64,000 bases of DNA from Geosiphon pyriformis uo1. Taxonomy: Eukaryota; Fungi; Glomeromycota. A program made the translations under genes and the position numbers. Below are positions 1-13,879 of this stretch, piece after piece. The number at the start of each line of letters is the position of its first letter. Within the stretch, counting starts at the first letter, position 1. The DNA lies in NCBI GenBank assembly GCA_016748015.1, contig JAAOMT010000400.1:124001-188000 (forward strand), in the 5' to 3' direction. The notes beneath the pieces are model-generated. The model saw only the letters and a list, made by a program, of their open reading frames with translations, searched no databases and was not told the origin of the DNA.

Positions 1-48
1 CGAGTTGGTGGTCATGAAGTGGCCACACGTGGCTGGTACATGTGTGTG

Positions 49-663
49 TCATCCGTTCTGGCTGATTTGAAGCTCCTGTGTATTCCAATCAAGTGATGTA
101 TTGGTTTTAGATAACCAATCATTACCAATGAGTGCTTGGTATTGGGTGGCTTCCATGACTAATACTTTGATTGATACAATAATGCCATTGACTTCTATAG
201 AAAAGTTATCAATCTCACCAATAGAAGTTTTGGTTGCTCCATTGGCAGTTATAATTCTGGTGCTGGCAGTGCAATCAACTTGGTGACCTAATTGGTCCAT
301 GAGTTGTTTTGTAATAATGCTGCCAGCTGATCCACTATCTAGGATCAGTTTGATGGAGTGGCCATCGACTTTGGCATTAGTGTACATAGTAGTGATTGGT
401 TTGGTGTTTAGAGTGGCTCTACTGAATAATAAAACTGGTGTGGTTTCTTCAAGTTTGAATGGAAAGATTGCTGCTAGTGATTCATTGTTGGTGATAGTGG
501 CTGGAGATATGTTGTTGGTGAATGATTGTTTTTGGTTGGTTTCTAGATTATTGGGTGGGGCGTCTTCTGGAATAACCAGAAGACTTAAATAATTCTGGGA
601 ATTCGGGTTTTGGACATACCCAGTGTCTGAATTCCATGGTCGAGATTCTGATAGTTGTGTCAT
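49..663 (-). pseudogene. Retrotransposon aspartic protease region
   Basis: LILDSGSAGS catalytic motif and LIGNDWL; in-frame TGA at 49-51. Confidence 0.85.
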
Positions 664-2831
664 GGAACTGGAGATTGGTTAATAGACTACTATTGACGAT
701 CTCTAGCTTTGCTGTGTTAATCTCAGTCTTTGAGTTCTGTTTTGAGGTAAGTTCTATGGCGGTATTTGATATTGTTGGGGCAAATAATTTACCTGAAACT
801 GCAGCTGATAATTGGGTTAGAACTGTAGTTGATAAATTGCTGCTGGAGGCTAATAAACTGGAAATGAGTATAATTGCTGTGTCATTGGTGTTTAATATAT
901 TGGCTGTATCATAGGTAGGTAATCTTGTTGATATAGAGCTGGATTTGATTGATTACTGATGTAATTCTGAGTTTGTAGTCAGTGATCAGAGTTTCGATAC
1001 TGATTAACTGATCTCTGGTTACTTATCTTTTTTCAACATTCAAATTGCAAATGTCTTTGTCTACCACAATAATGGCAAATATGTGTTTTCTGCTGCCATT
1101 GTTGATTGGTCAAGAATGTTGGACAAAACTGATTCTGGAAACAATCCATGTTTCCAGAATTATTGCGTCATTGTGGTGATTGATATATTGTATAATTGTC
1201 AGCGAAGTATCTTTCCAATTTCTGATTAATTGAATCACTGAATTGTTTCAATTTGGAATTCAATTCAGATGATCCATTTATGACCAGGTTTATGGTTTGA
1301 GCATAATTGGCTTCTAGTTCAGCTGTTTCGAAATCTTATGTATTGGTAACTGCATCTTGGAGAGTTTGTGGGTACATTGGGTGTATGCGTTGGAGGATGC
1401 TACTGCACAACCCACAAATGAACTGGTTTAGAATTTGTGGTGCTGTAAAATAGTTAGCTTGGATTGCTTGAATTTGGCGTAGGTTCCTGTGGAACTGTCT
1501 CAAATAAGTAGTAACTGCTTCAGTTTCCCCTTGTTTGATTGTGGTGAAGGTGTTGGCTAACTTGTTGATGCTATTATTGTTACTAAAGTACCTCAAGAAT
1601 TTGGTTTTGAATTTGTTAAAATTTTAGGGTTTGATGGCAAGACTTTGGTACCATGTATTGGCAGTGTCCTGAAGAAAATAGAGAATTGCTTGCATGGCTC
1701 TAGCATCATCCCAGTTATTGGCTGTAATTGCTTTAGCTACATCATTTAACCAGACTTGGGCATCATCTTCTTCACTGGTGAATTTATCGAGCTTTACAAT
1801 TGGTGCATATGCCATTTGTTGTTGTTGTTGCAGTATAGGCAGCTGATGAATTTGTTGAAGTGGTTGTTGGGGTGGCTGTCATATGGGTTCGGCTAGTGGC
1901 TAATTAATGATGATTCCAGAAGGTAAATTTTGTTGATTAATTAAGTTGGGGTTTTGGTCATTTTGATTTGGCTGCATTTGAAAATTTGGAGTTTTAATTT
2001 CTGGATTTTCTAAATTTAGATTTTGTTGAGTCTGAAAATTTGGGATTTCAATGTTCAGATTCTCTGGAATTGAGTTCTAGTAAGTAAATTCTTGATCTTC
2101 AAATTCTTTTTCTTCTTCTTTTTGTTCTTCCTCTGATTCCATTACTTCCCAGGGACTCACGGTTCCAAAATCTGGTTGGGGTGGTGGAGATCAAAGTCCT
2201 GATGGTGTTGGCAATCAGAACTTAAATCCTTCAAAATACACGCTGTATGGTCTTAGAAGATCTTCTTTCCTTTGTTTACTCTGAAATGGAAATCATCCAA
2301 AGGTTGATGTCATGTGTAATGTGGACACGTCTATTAATGTGATGTTGATAGCACTTCTAGATGTATAGTGATATGATGAATTTGTTGGTGATTCAACTCT
2401 GGTTTTCTTCCAAATGGGTGGTTGTATTTGTTTTGGTGTCACTGCTGATGTTTGTAATTTTTTATTGCTTTTACTAGCATAAGTGATTGGGTATCTTTGT
2501 TGTGTATGATGTTTAATTTCTTTATTAATCTCAGTAATAATGGATGCAAAATTATAATTTGTTGGTAGACTGGTGTTTTGGATTAATTCATGATAAAAAG
2601 TTTCTCTTGTTGATTTAGTATTTATTGGTGTTCCTAACAAATATGCAATTCTCTCATTGACATAGAAATTGAAGGCTGATTCTGCTGATATATGATTTTG
2701 GTTTAATCCTAAGTGTTGACAATAGTGTTGAAATAAAGATTTCGTGAATCCTAAATGGTTTGCTCTTATACTTTCTGATTCTGCCACTTTTGGAATGAGT
2801 GTAGTTGGTGCTGGTTCTCTGTAGGATTATA

Positions 2832-2848
2832 TCTCACAGAGAGCACCA
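2832..2848 (-). promoter_or_regulatory. Primer-binding site, probably for elongator tRNA-Met
   Basis: Minus strand TGGTGCTCTCTGTGAGA starts 2 nt after the LTR end. The plus strand TCTCACAGAGAGCACCA resembles the ..CTCACA..GCACCA 3' end of eukaryotic elongator tRNA-Met. A degenerate twin lies at ~17799-17815. Confidence 0.7.
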
Positions 2849-2850
2849 AA

Positions 2851-3664
2851 TATTACAGATGATTATTTGGAGTCTCAAGTCAAATAACAAATCCATAACT
2901 TGGTGCTGGGTTGGTACTCTGGTGTCAATATTTGAAGGTTTTGTTGTGGAGTCCTTTGTATAATAGACAGAGATTCAAGTATTGTCTTTCTCATAACCTT
3001 CCGGAATCGCAATTCCATCGAATTTCTTTCTTAGCATAGTGGCCAGTAATCTTGGCAGAGATGTCCTTCTGGTAAGCTATTCTTAAATTCTCAATTCCTA
3101 TACCCTTCCTTTGAAGTCTTTTACCAGACTATCCTTGACATCAATAATTCAGTACTTAATTTTTAATCAGTTTAGTAAAACCAACAAAATAACAAAACAA
3201 AGAAAATAAAAGAAAGAAATAAGGAAATAAATGAAAGCAATTACAAATTAGTATCCCATCAATAGCCATGATCAAGAGCTATTATTCTTGTGTGGTTAAG
3301 TATCACTTACTATTAACATAAAGTGTTGATAGTGGAAAGTGGATTAAGATGGTGAATAATTATTTATTAATATTTGTGAATGGAAGGTTGCTTAAATCAA
3401 ATCTAAACTGAGAGGTCCCCTTTTCTACTTCTAATGCTACCACTATATATACATAATTTGGGTTCTATGAAATTGCTCACATTCCCAAGTAATGTGCTAT
3501 AATTTCTCAAACAATACTCACATTGCTAAGCAATGTGCCGTATTTTCTTAACATTGCTTCATATTGCTAAGCAATGTGCCATGATTTCTGACATTGCTTC
3601 ACATTGCTGAGCAATATGCCATAATTTCTGACATTACTCCACATTGCTGAGCAATGTGCTCACA
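2851..3664 (-). repeat. 5' LTR (family D, ~814 bp) with an internal 40-41 bp tandem array
   Basis: Minus strand begins TGTGAG and ends GTAATA (from GTAACA) next to the PBS. Its start matches the solo LTR at 14413. About 4.5 tandem units at ~3480-3664. Confidence 0.8.
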
Positions 3665-3699
3665 TATTAACTACTATTCTCCTATTGGTCTCCTATTTT

Positions 3700-5110
3700 C
3701 TTATATCTGTTTTCTTTTTCTATGAGTAACACCAGTGCTGCTGTATTCTTTAAGGACATTGGTGTAAGTTTGGGTGTTGGTGTTACAGGTTTGATGTCTT
3801 TTATACTGGCGGAATTGCAGACTATTGTGCTGGCTCTGAAGTGTGTTCCCTTGTCTAGTTCTGTTTACTTGTTCTTGAACAGTCAATCTGCTTTGGATGC
3901 TTGCAAGTCAGAATTGGGTTTGGTAATCTTTGACTTTTGTAATCAGTATTGGATCAAATGTCAACATATCTTTAATGTTATTCATAGTAGGAACTTGAAG
4001 ATCAGTTGACACAAGGTGAAAAATCACTCTGGTGTTTTGGGGAATGAGTGTGCTGACATAATTGCTAGTACTGCTTCTCTTTTGGGTTGGTGTTTTCCTT
4101 TACGCGTGGATAAATGTTTTATTGTAGCTGATAGTAATATGGTTTCTGGCAATTTTAGACACTTTGTTCATGATATTTTTTGTTTTGTTTGTCATACATG
4201 TTGGAAGATTGGTTCTGATAGCAAGTTCTTGGAGACCTGTCTGCTTTCTGAGATTGACTGGGTCTGCTCTTTATTGGTGTGACATCCTGATTTGCATATG
4301 ACTATTGGTTTTACTAGCAGGCCTTCAGCCTATGCATGCACTTACTTTATAAAAGCTTTATATCACCACCTGCCTGTTGCTGTTCAGAAGCGCCTTTATA
4401 ATAGACTTTATCCCAGTATATTGTGCTTATATTGCAGTAAAGTAGAGATGTCAGATCATGTATTCTCTTGTAGAGTTAACAAGTCTGCCCACTGTCAGTT
4501 GTTGGACTCCCATGTGGATTCTTGGAGAATATTTTTTGGTTCCAATCATGCTTCTTCATGTGTGTTGCAGCTGTTGTCATCTTGTGCTTCTAATTCCTCT
4601 GTGTATATGACTCTCTTCAAGGGTTTTGTTTTTGATAATTGGTTTTGGGAGACCATATCCGTCTTCCATAATTCTAAATTGGCTGATCTAGAAATTGTTA
4701 AGTTTGTGTACTCTCTTAGTTTAGTCTTTAGAGATAATATTTGGCTGGTTTATGCTAAACATCATGCCTATATAGAAAAGCATGGTTTGATTTCTCTTGA
4801 TAGTTCGGCCATCACCTCGGTTTCTGGTTTGCCTTCAAGATTTCCTGCTGGTGTGGTAAAACTGCTTGGTATGGCTGATGCTTTTGGTATATGTTTTGGT
4901 TCTCACAAGTCTTGTTCATTTTTTCCAGGTCTTAGTAGTTTAGTCTCAGTTTATATAGCTGCATAGTATTGTTCTGATCAGCCCAAGTGGCTGGTCACAT
5001 GTAGAAAATGCATGATTTGCATCTAGTTTAGATTATTTCTTTGATGTATAGTACTAGGCTGTGTTTGGATCTCACTCATTAAAATAAAATAAAATAAAAT
5101 AAAAAAATAA
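3700..5110 (+). mobile_element. LINE 3' fragment (RNase H, C-terminal Cys/His motif, 3' UTR, A-rich tail)
   Basis: LAELQTIVLAL, (KV)KNHSGVLGNECAD and CLYCSKVEMSDHVFSC motifs. The 3' UTR GCCCAAGTGGCTGGTCACATGTAG is shared with 32125-32150. (AAAAT)n tail at 5080-5110. Confidence 0.88.
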
Positions 5111-8100
5111 CAAAAACAATTAATCAGAATTTAACAATTAAGTATTCTATAATTATAGACTTATAAGTTTAAATAATAATATTTTATTTAATAAAGTTAA
5201 AATATAGTAGATAAAAAGGTTTTTAAGACTAAAAATAAGATAAAAATATTAATTAAATTTTTGTATATTCTGTTTTTTTATTTGCTAAAATTATTTATTT
5301 TTATACATATTTTTTAATTTTACAAAAATTATTCTTTTAATATACTGTTTAATTATTATGTTAAATATTGTTTTTTGTGATTTTTTAAATTAAAAATTTG
5401 TTATTTATTTAATGTTATTAATTGTAATAATTTTTAATAAATTGTCTAATAATATAGTTAAATAGTATTTAAATACTAAATATAGTTAATATATTGTTTT
5501 GTAATATAGTATTAGGTTGTTTTTTTTAACAAATTTTTTTATTTGTTTAAGAGCTTCTCTGTTAAATATTTGTTTGTTGTTATTTATATATAATATTTGT
5601 AAGTTTAATCTTTTATTAATTTTAAAAACTCAGTATATTAATAAAAGTTTTTTTTTTATATTTTGGAGATTTTAGAAGCTTATTTTTTAGTATTTGGTTC
5701 TATGGCTAAATTGTTTAAAGCTTTTTTAATTTTTTTTATTGTTTAAATATTTATATTTTTTTTAATACTATATAGAACTGAAAATATTTAATTCTAGTTG
5801 AATTTTTGTTTATTTGTTTTTTAATTGTAGTTTTATATTGTATTTTTTTTTTATTAATTATAATTTTTATTAGTGTTATGAATTATTAAATTGCTTTAAA
5901 TAATTGTTATAAAAGTTTTAAAATTTTGTTTAAAAAGTTTATATTAAAAATATTTTGAGCTTTTTTTTTATTTAAATATTTAATTTGCATAATTTAATTT
6001 TTTGTAATTGAATTATGTTTTATAATAATAATTGGTTTTAAATCTTATAAAATATTTTTAGATTTAATCAATAAAATTTGTGTTTTTAATTGAAATATGA
6101 TCAATAATATTTCTTGTATTATATAATAAAGTTTTAAACAATTTTTATTTGTGGTTTTTTTTAAAAATTTGTCTTATAATTATAATTTGTAAGTTTCTTT
6201 GCCAAGATTTTTATATATGTAAAATAGTCTGTTCTATTTTGAATCAATTTTCTACTTTATTTGTTTTTCTGCTTTGGTATAATATAATAATATTTTATTT
6301 TTAATCTTGAATTTAATTGATTAGTTAGATAGATAATTATTATGTCTTTTTTTTTGTTGTTTCTAAGAGTTATAAATATTGTTAACTGTTACTTTATGAT
6401 TGTTTTTTAGTGTTTTTATAAACTGGTAAGTTTTTTGGCATAATATAACTTTGAAGTTATTGTTTTTATTAAGAAAAAAATATTTTTAGTTTAATAGACA
6501 ATATGGTTTTTTTTATATATTAATTCAAAAAGTATAAATTATATAATATTTTGTTTTAAAGTTTAAATTTTTTAACTAATTTATTAATTTAAGAATAATA
6601 TAGTAATAATAAGAATTGTTTTATCTTAAATTATTGGCTTAATTCTATTAGAGTGCTGTTAACAAAATAAATTCTTTAATTAAATAATAATATTTTTGGA
6701 TATTTATATTAGCAAATCAGATTTTAATATATAAATTCAGCTACTGTTTTGGCATCTATAACTTAAATAGCTCAAGCTTTTGACTATTTAATAAAATAAT
6801 TTATGATTATAATAATATATTACTTTTTTTTAAAGATAATTAAAAGAGAACTAATTAAATCAATTCTAATTTTATTAAATAGATTTCCAATTAAAATGAA
6901 TTAAAATGGTTCTATTACTTTGGCTTTTTTTTTTGGTAAAAGTTATAATTAAAAATATTTTTAAAAATATCTTTATATATTATTGATCAATAATATAAAT
7001 TAATTATTTTTTTTAAGATAATATTTTTGTTGAAATATCTAATAATTGGATTTAAATATATATTAAACAGAATAATTTTTTTTAGTATCTTTTATAACTT
7101 ATTATAATATAATACAATTTTGGTGTTTTTATTAGTATAATTATTTATTGTAAATAAAATAATTTTAAATTTGTTTTTATATAGCACTTTATTTCTGTTG
7201 AAATAGTTTTTTCTTGAACTAAAGTATTAATAAATATTAATATAATTATTAATAAACAGATGTATCTATTTGGCAAGATTAGACTTAAGTTATTCTTAAT
7301 AAGCTGTTAATATTAGTGTTTTTAATTCTTTTTTTATAATGTATTTTATAGAAAAATTATTATAAATAAGTATTTTATCTTGTATATTTTTTTTCTAATT
7401 AAAGTTTGCTAAATAATTTAATTAATTTTTTATAATTAATATATAAATTAAATAGTTGACAAAAATAATATTTCCAGTTTTATATAATCCAATAAATAAC
7501 AAAATATTTTAAATTAATAGCATTATATATTTTCTCAATTGTATTAATGCTTTGGTTAGTATAAACAATAAAATATTTTTAATTATTGGGTTTAATTTAA
7601 GATAATACTGTTTTTAAAGCATTTTTTAATATATTTGTAACTATAATAAACTGTTTATTAAAATCCAGATAAATTAAGATTAAAGTTTTAATAAGTTAGT
7701 GCTTAAGATAATTAAAAAATTTTTGTTGTTTTGTTTTTTATATATATAATATATGTTTTAAAAACAAATAATAGAAAAAGTTAACAATGTCTGAAAAATT
7801 TTTAATAAAGCAATAATAATATTTAGTAAGTTTTAAAAATTCTTAAAGTTTACAAAGATTAATTAGAATTAAGAAATTTTTAAATTTTTGCACTTTTTTT
7901 GGGTTGAATTTACTCTGTTTTTTTAATAATATGTTTAAAAAACTTTAACTCAGTTTTTTTAAAGAAACATTTGTTAAAGTTAAATTTTATTTTAGAATTA
8001 CAAAGGTAATTGAAAACTTATTAGAAATAATATAGATAATTATTAAACGTTTTTGAAAATATGTTGGTATTATTTAAGTAAATAACAATTGATTTTTACA

Positions 8101-8719
8101 GAATTTTTTTGTAAATAATATCTATTTAATATTAAAAAGTGGTTGAAATATTGCAAAGTTTAAAGAATATTATATTAAACTCAAAGTTTTATTTTAAATA
8201 ATAAAAAGTTTTTTTTTGTTGATTAGATTCATTTTAACTTGTCAATATTTGCTGCTAAATTCAATAATAAGAATTATTTTTTGTTTTTCAAATTATCTAT
8301 AATTTTTTAATAAGAGAACAATAGATAAAAATTATAAACTTAATAACTTTTTAATTAAGTTATTATTTAATATTTGCTGTATTTTTTACTTAATCAAGTT
8401 GTCTTTATCTAAAGTAATATGATAGGCTTATTGTTTAATAAATTTAGTATTTTTTATAATAATTTTATATTTTATAATATTTAAGTATCTGAACTTGTTT
8501 TTGCTAACAAAAACATTAGTATATTGTTTTAATAGAACTTTGAATTGTATTTGTTAAAAAGTATTTAAATTTTCAAGATTAAGTTTTTTAATTTTTTTTA
8601 AAGTAAACAAATAATTTTTTTTAATATGTATTATACTTAAAAATAATATCATAGAATAAAAATATTTAAACAAAATTAGAGATAAATTAAAATTTTTTGA
8701 AATCTTAAATGTTTATAAT

Positions 8720-11700
8720 TTTTATTATTATTAATAGATTTAAGAAATAAGGCCCAACTACTATCTAGAAATTAAAAATAAACTAAGTATTTCAGTGCTA
8801 AATATAGTTTATATACTTTCTATATGTAACCAGTTACTCAAGCCAATTCAGATCATACTACATTAATACTTTAAAAGAAAATTTACTCAAAAAAAACATC
8901 CTCTAAACAATTTTAAACAATATAACATTATTATTAACTAAACCAACCAACTATTCTGTCGTTTTAAGAGCATCAGTCTTAACAGCAACAGATTTATGTT
9001 CTTAGAGTAACATCAAATTAAAAAACAGATTATTGTTAATAGAAAACAAACCTATATGAAGACCAGACATATTAATGTTTCTATAGTCACACTTAGTTTT
9101 TAAAACAACTATTTTGTATTTTAGCTTATCAACAGCTTTGCTAAAAAAACTTTTATGTACCAAAACTTTATTGATTCTAAAATCAAGAGCACCATTCAAA
9201 ACCAAGTCTTTATTAATAAATTATTCAAACACTTTTACCATAGAACCAACAGGCTTAACAATAGAATTAACCAAATTAGAAAGCTTGACCAACTCCAATT
9301 CCAAAGAGGTTAACTAAAAAGAGACCATAGAGTCACCAAATATAATATTAGCAAAAAGAACTAAATCAACTAAAAGACTAAAAATAAAAGAAGCACAGAA
9401 GCAGCAGTTTTGGCATTGTTACCAGTAGAATTTTAGCTATTAATTAGCATAAAATTACCCTTATAATTCCTATAATTCATTAGTATATTAATATTATTTC
9501 AAATTATCATTTATTATTTAATCAATTATCACATATCACGATTCAATTAAAATAATCTAATTAGTATAACAGAAAGTAAGATGATCAAATTACACAATAC
9601 CCTGAACTTTGTAACATTCAAAAATTCGCCGAAATTTACAGAAATTCGCCGAAATTATGAATAGTTCACCCAAATTAATTAATAGTTCAGCAAAATAACT
9701 TGTAGTTCATCAAAATGTATCTTTAGTTTGCCGAAATTTGGGCAAAGAGAAAAAGTGCAAGTTCATAAACTAGTACTACAACAAGTTGTATAAAAGAAGA
9801 GCTTTTCTCTTCTGGAAAATGTATCTTACTTTAGATTTATCTCTTAAAACCGTTCCTATACACACAAAAAGAAATAAATATCAAATAATTCGAAAAACCA
9901 AATTCTTTAATTATTGTACTTGGAAAATCCCCAAAACTCAACTAACATTTCGAAATTGATTAGCTACCAATTTCAGTAAACTGTTAGTGACTCCAGGCCT
10001 GAATAGAAAACGTTTTCCTTGATAAAATTCTATTTCTTTTACATTTCTTTTGTTTTTTTTTATTTTCTTATCATAATCATTAGGGTAACCTACAAATGAG
10101 ATTCCTGTAAAAAAGTTGACTTTTACAGCAAAATAACTACACATTTTTAGTGAGCTTCCAGACGAACAATTCTTGGGAAAGAGTTGACATTTACTACAAT
10201 GTAACTACATAAAGTAACTGGCAAGGAATTGGCCATTCCACTTATAAGCCCAGCAGTTCAAATTATAGGAGATAATTTGAAGATAAATTCAGTTATTGGA
10301 GGTTCAACTACTTCCTGAAAACGTGAATTCACAGCAAATCAACATTACCAACATTTAAGAAAAGAGACCAAAAACCTCCGGTAACAGCATAGAACTTGTC
10401 ATCAACAACACAAGAGGTAAATATCTTGAAAGTCTTAGAAAAGAGAAATAAAGACATCTTACATTCCAAAGCCAGATAATCTGAATTTTAGCATTGTTTT
10501 CAATGCTAATTTCCAGGAGTTTTTCATCAGATATGACATTTTTTCAGTGTACTAGTCTTGAATATTGTAGTATTCAAATCAACTTGAGAGCCAAATGTAA
10601 TCAAAGCAAACTGGAAGTGATGATCAGACTCAAGAAAATAAGGAATAAAACATGTCTGATCATTAATCTAGGAAATTATATCACTAATTTTAAAAGCTGT
10701 ACAGCCAAAAAAAAGATTAACAAGCTTGGCTTTAAACCTATCATAAGACAAAATAGTCTTATTTTGATTTACCAAGAGAAAAATCCTAATATTATTCCTG
10801 TTTACCAAAACTGACCAATAACTTAAAGCAAACACAGCAAAGTCTAGCTTCTTAAAATAAATCACTACATACTACCAAATGCCAATAAGCTTTAGCACAA
10901 CATAAGTAATTACACTAAAAACATTAAGGGCTGTCTTAATGTCAATAACAGACACACCTAAAGGTATATTATACAGTACAACAACAGCAGAAAGAAAGCC
11001 AAACTCAGAAACCACCAAAAACTTGGCAATTTTAAGAGTGACAAGGCAAACAGAACTTGTAAGCTTCACCAAAAAAGCAGCTTTCAAAGACTCTTGAAAA
11101 GTAAAATTCATACAAAAAAGTTTCATATTGTTTTTTGGCATTGACTTTACATTCAAAAAACCATGTACAGGCTAAAAAACAGTTTTAACATAAGCCAATT
11201 TGATCTTAAAAGTAGTATCAAACACTAAAGTGGCAGCCATCTACTCAATAAACTTTTGACAACTAACAATAGTTTTTTAAGCATTACCAGTAGCAGCACC
11301 AGAAACTAGAGAAAGAAATGATTCAGTTTTTATCTGATCAGCCCAGTTTCCAAAAACAAGTAACTTAAGAGAAGATAATTGTTTTGCTTTTAAAATTGAC
11401 AAAGATTTGCTAGAAAGCATCATATTTGGCAACACAGCCAGTAGTTAATCTTGGCCTATCTTAAAAGATATGCTGGATAAAACAGTAAAGATTTTATCTA
11501 AGATCTCAGTTGAAACCACAAAAAAGTTTGGTGTAACAATAGCAAAAACAAGCAACTGCTCTCACTTTTCTAAACTTTTGGTTTTTTTGATCATTTTTTT
11601 TGAAAAAAAATCTTAGCAGCACCTGGTATAAAAGCTATAAAAGGAAAAACCAGCTTGTTAATTGGTCTGTTATTAAAAAATTTTGGACTTTTTAAAGAGA

Positions 11701-11840
11701 TAAAAACAATACTAAAACTAACTCAAGTGTATTTTTTGAGAAAATTTTGACTAATAAAAGACCAGCCAAAAATGAAAAAGTTGCTTTAAAAGCTATTAAA
11801 AGCAGCTTTTTATAATTATTAGATAAAAGAAAAATTTTTA
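8720..11840 (-). mobile_element. Non-autonomous LINE derivative: ORF1-like region joined to a LINE-type 3' UTR/tail, no ORF2 seen
   Basis: The reverse complement of 8745-8870 matches the LINE 3' UTR, with a T-rich tail at ~8720. Minus ORF pieces (10872-11156, 10668-10865, 9002-9205) are ORF1-like. About 2.1 kb remains once the inserted LTR is removed. Confidence 0.6.
9417..10386 (+). mobile_element. Solo LTR (family A, 970 bp)
   Basis: TGTTACC...GGTAACA inverted termini and a perfect 4-bp TSD GCAT (9413-9416 and 10387-10390). Homologous to 13880-15427 and 21100-22042. Confidence 0.92.
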
Positions 11841-13879
11841 AAATGTTTTGTTTAGTTGTTTTTACAACAGAAAGAGCTTTTTTGGTTGAAATTTTATTAG
11901 ATATCTTAGGAAAAATATTAGATATAGCTTTCTTACTCTTTGTTTTAGTTGTGATTATAAAATTAAGAAGACAAAAAGCTTTTTATGTCTATAATTATTA
12001 AGTCAATAAGAATTTTTTTAAAAATTTCAATAATATTTTTAGTATAATTGTGAATAAAAATTTTAAAGTAGTTGTAAACTTTAGCAAAAATATAAAGATT
12101 TGTAATATTGACCAAATAACAGATTTTTAGAACAGCTTTAAATAACAAAGCTTGATCTTAAATTTTTTATTTGATTTTTATTATATATTATAAAAAAATC
12201 AAAATAATAGTGTTAATATAAATAAGTTTTATCTTATTATTGTTTTTTTTTCACATAATTGATTTATATATTTTCTCTTTTATTAGATTTAAATTCTTGT
12301 ATTTTTTAGCTATAAGACCCAATTTTTTTTAAGTGTTTATTGAAGTAAGTTGAAAATTTTTTATAAAAAACAAAAAGATAGCTTAAACAATTTTTTAGTA
12401 ATTTGAGTATATATAATTTATTAGAATTGTCTTAAAGAATTATAATAATATTTTCAATATATTTAGCATTAATTATTTTTTTGATATTAATTTTTTTGTT
12501 TGCAAAGCTAAAACAAGATACAATCTGAATTATAGTGCTAATAAAAATTTCTAAAACTAATTTAAAATTTATTTTTATAAATAAATAGTTATAACTACAG
12601 AAAATTGTTTAGAGTATTTTAAATCAAAACTAACATTATTGGTGTATATTTTTTTAAACATACTTTTTTGTTATTATCATTATATTTATTTTAGTTTTAA
12701 TTTTTTAGAAAGATTAGGATAGATAAGATATTATTTAATTTTAGTAACTATACTTGGCTTTTAAAATATAATGTTTTTTATAACTAATAAGTATTTTTTT
12801 ATAGATTCTTTGAGTTCAAAGATTAGATAAAGTGTTTATAGCAAAAGATTAAATAAGAATCACATTTGTTATAGTATTAAAAATGTCAAAAAATTAAACA
12901 ATAATTACATAATTTTATGTTAAAGTTAATCAATTTTTCTTTTTATTTTTTATAAGTTAAAGTAAGCTTTTAGTAATATTCTTAGAATGTTTTAAAATTA
13001 TTAGTTATCAAATTATTCATTTTTTTAAGCATTTTTAATGATATATATTTTTTTAATAATAGTATTTTTCTATTTTATAGTAGTTATTTTTTAAATTTTA
13101 TTCTTATTATAAGAATATAAGTTTAGTTAATTAATAGTTTAATTATAAGCAACAGTAAACAAAGTTTTTTTGTATGCTTAATTATTAATTAAGATAATAT
13201 ACTAACAAAATTTATTATATGTTTTTTTTATTAAGAATATTTTTTTATATTTTTTATCTAATAAAATTTTACTATAGATAAAACATAGTATATTGTTCTA
13301 TTTGTCTTATTATTTTAAGTGTTTAAATTAGTTTAATACACAAAAATAACAATAATATCTGATAATAGTTGACTATACTTTATTATTTCTAGTATATATA
13401 TCTATTAATAATAGTTTTTTTTTGCAATTTATACAGATTAATTTTGATTGGCAGTAAAATTAATTGTACTAATTTAGTAAAAAATAAGTAAAAGTCAAAA
13501 TTTGTGGTTTTTTTTTACATTTTTTTTTCTAAGTAAGTAGTAGAGTTAATTTTGTTTTATAATTATTGGCCTAAAAAATTTAGTATATTTTTAAGATAAA
13601 TTGTACTATAAATTCTTTGAATTTAATAAATAGTTGTTTTAAAAACACTGTTTTGAAATATTTACAGATGACAAAAACTTGAATGTATTAATTATTAAAT
13701 GTAATCTAAAGCTTTTAAATATTCTAGTCTAAAGTAATATAAGCTTTATTTAATTAATTATTATTAATTAGTGCTTAATATTAAATTGCTTCTATTATAA
13801 GAACTTTGATTAAGATTATAATTCTATTTATTTTGAATAAAAAATCATTAATTTTTTTTATTGAAATTTTTATTGATAA

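Larger units (their letters stand above)
1..3664 (-). mobile_element. Ty3/Gypsy LTR retrotransposon, 5' part (LTR, PBS, gag, protease); continues beyond window start; disrupted by stops and frameshifts
   Basis: Minus-strand ORF fragments: gag-like MAYAPIVKLDKF..VWLNDVAKAITANNWDD (1624-1815), FTTIKQGETEAVTTYL..QFICGL (1336-1596), retroviral aspartic protease LILDSGSAGSIIT..ALIGNDWL (49-663). LTR and PBS lie at the right end. Confidence 0.9.

Noticed and set aside
3478-3664. CRISPR-like palindromic repeat array
   Set aside because: Intervening sequences are homologous rather than unique spacers, the array lies in an LTR, the context is eukaryotic and there are no cas genes.
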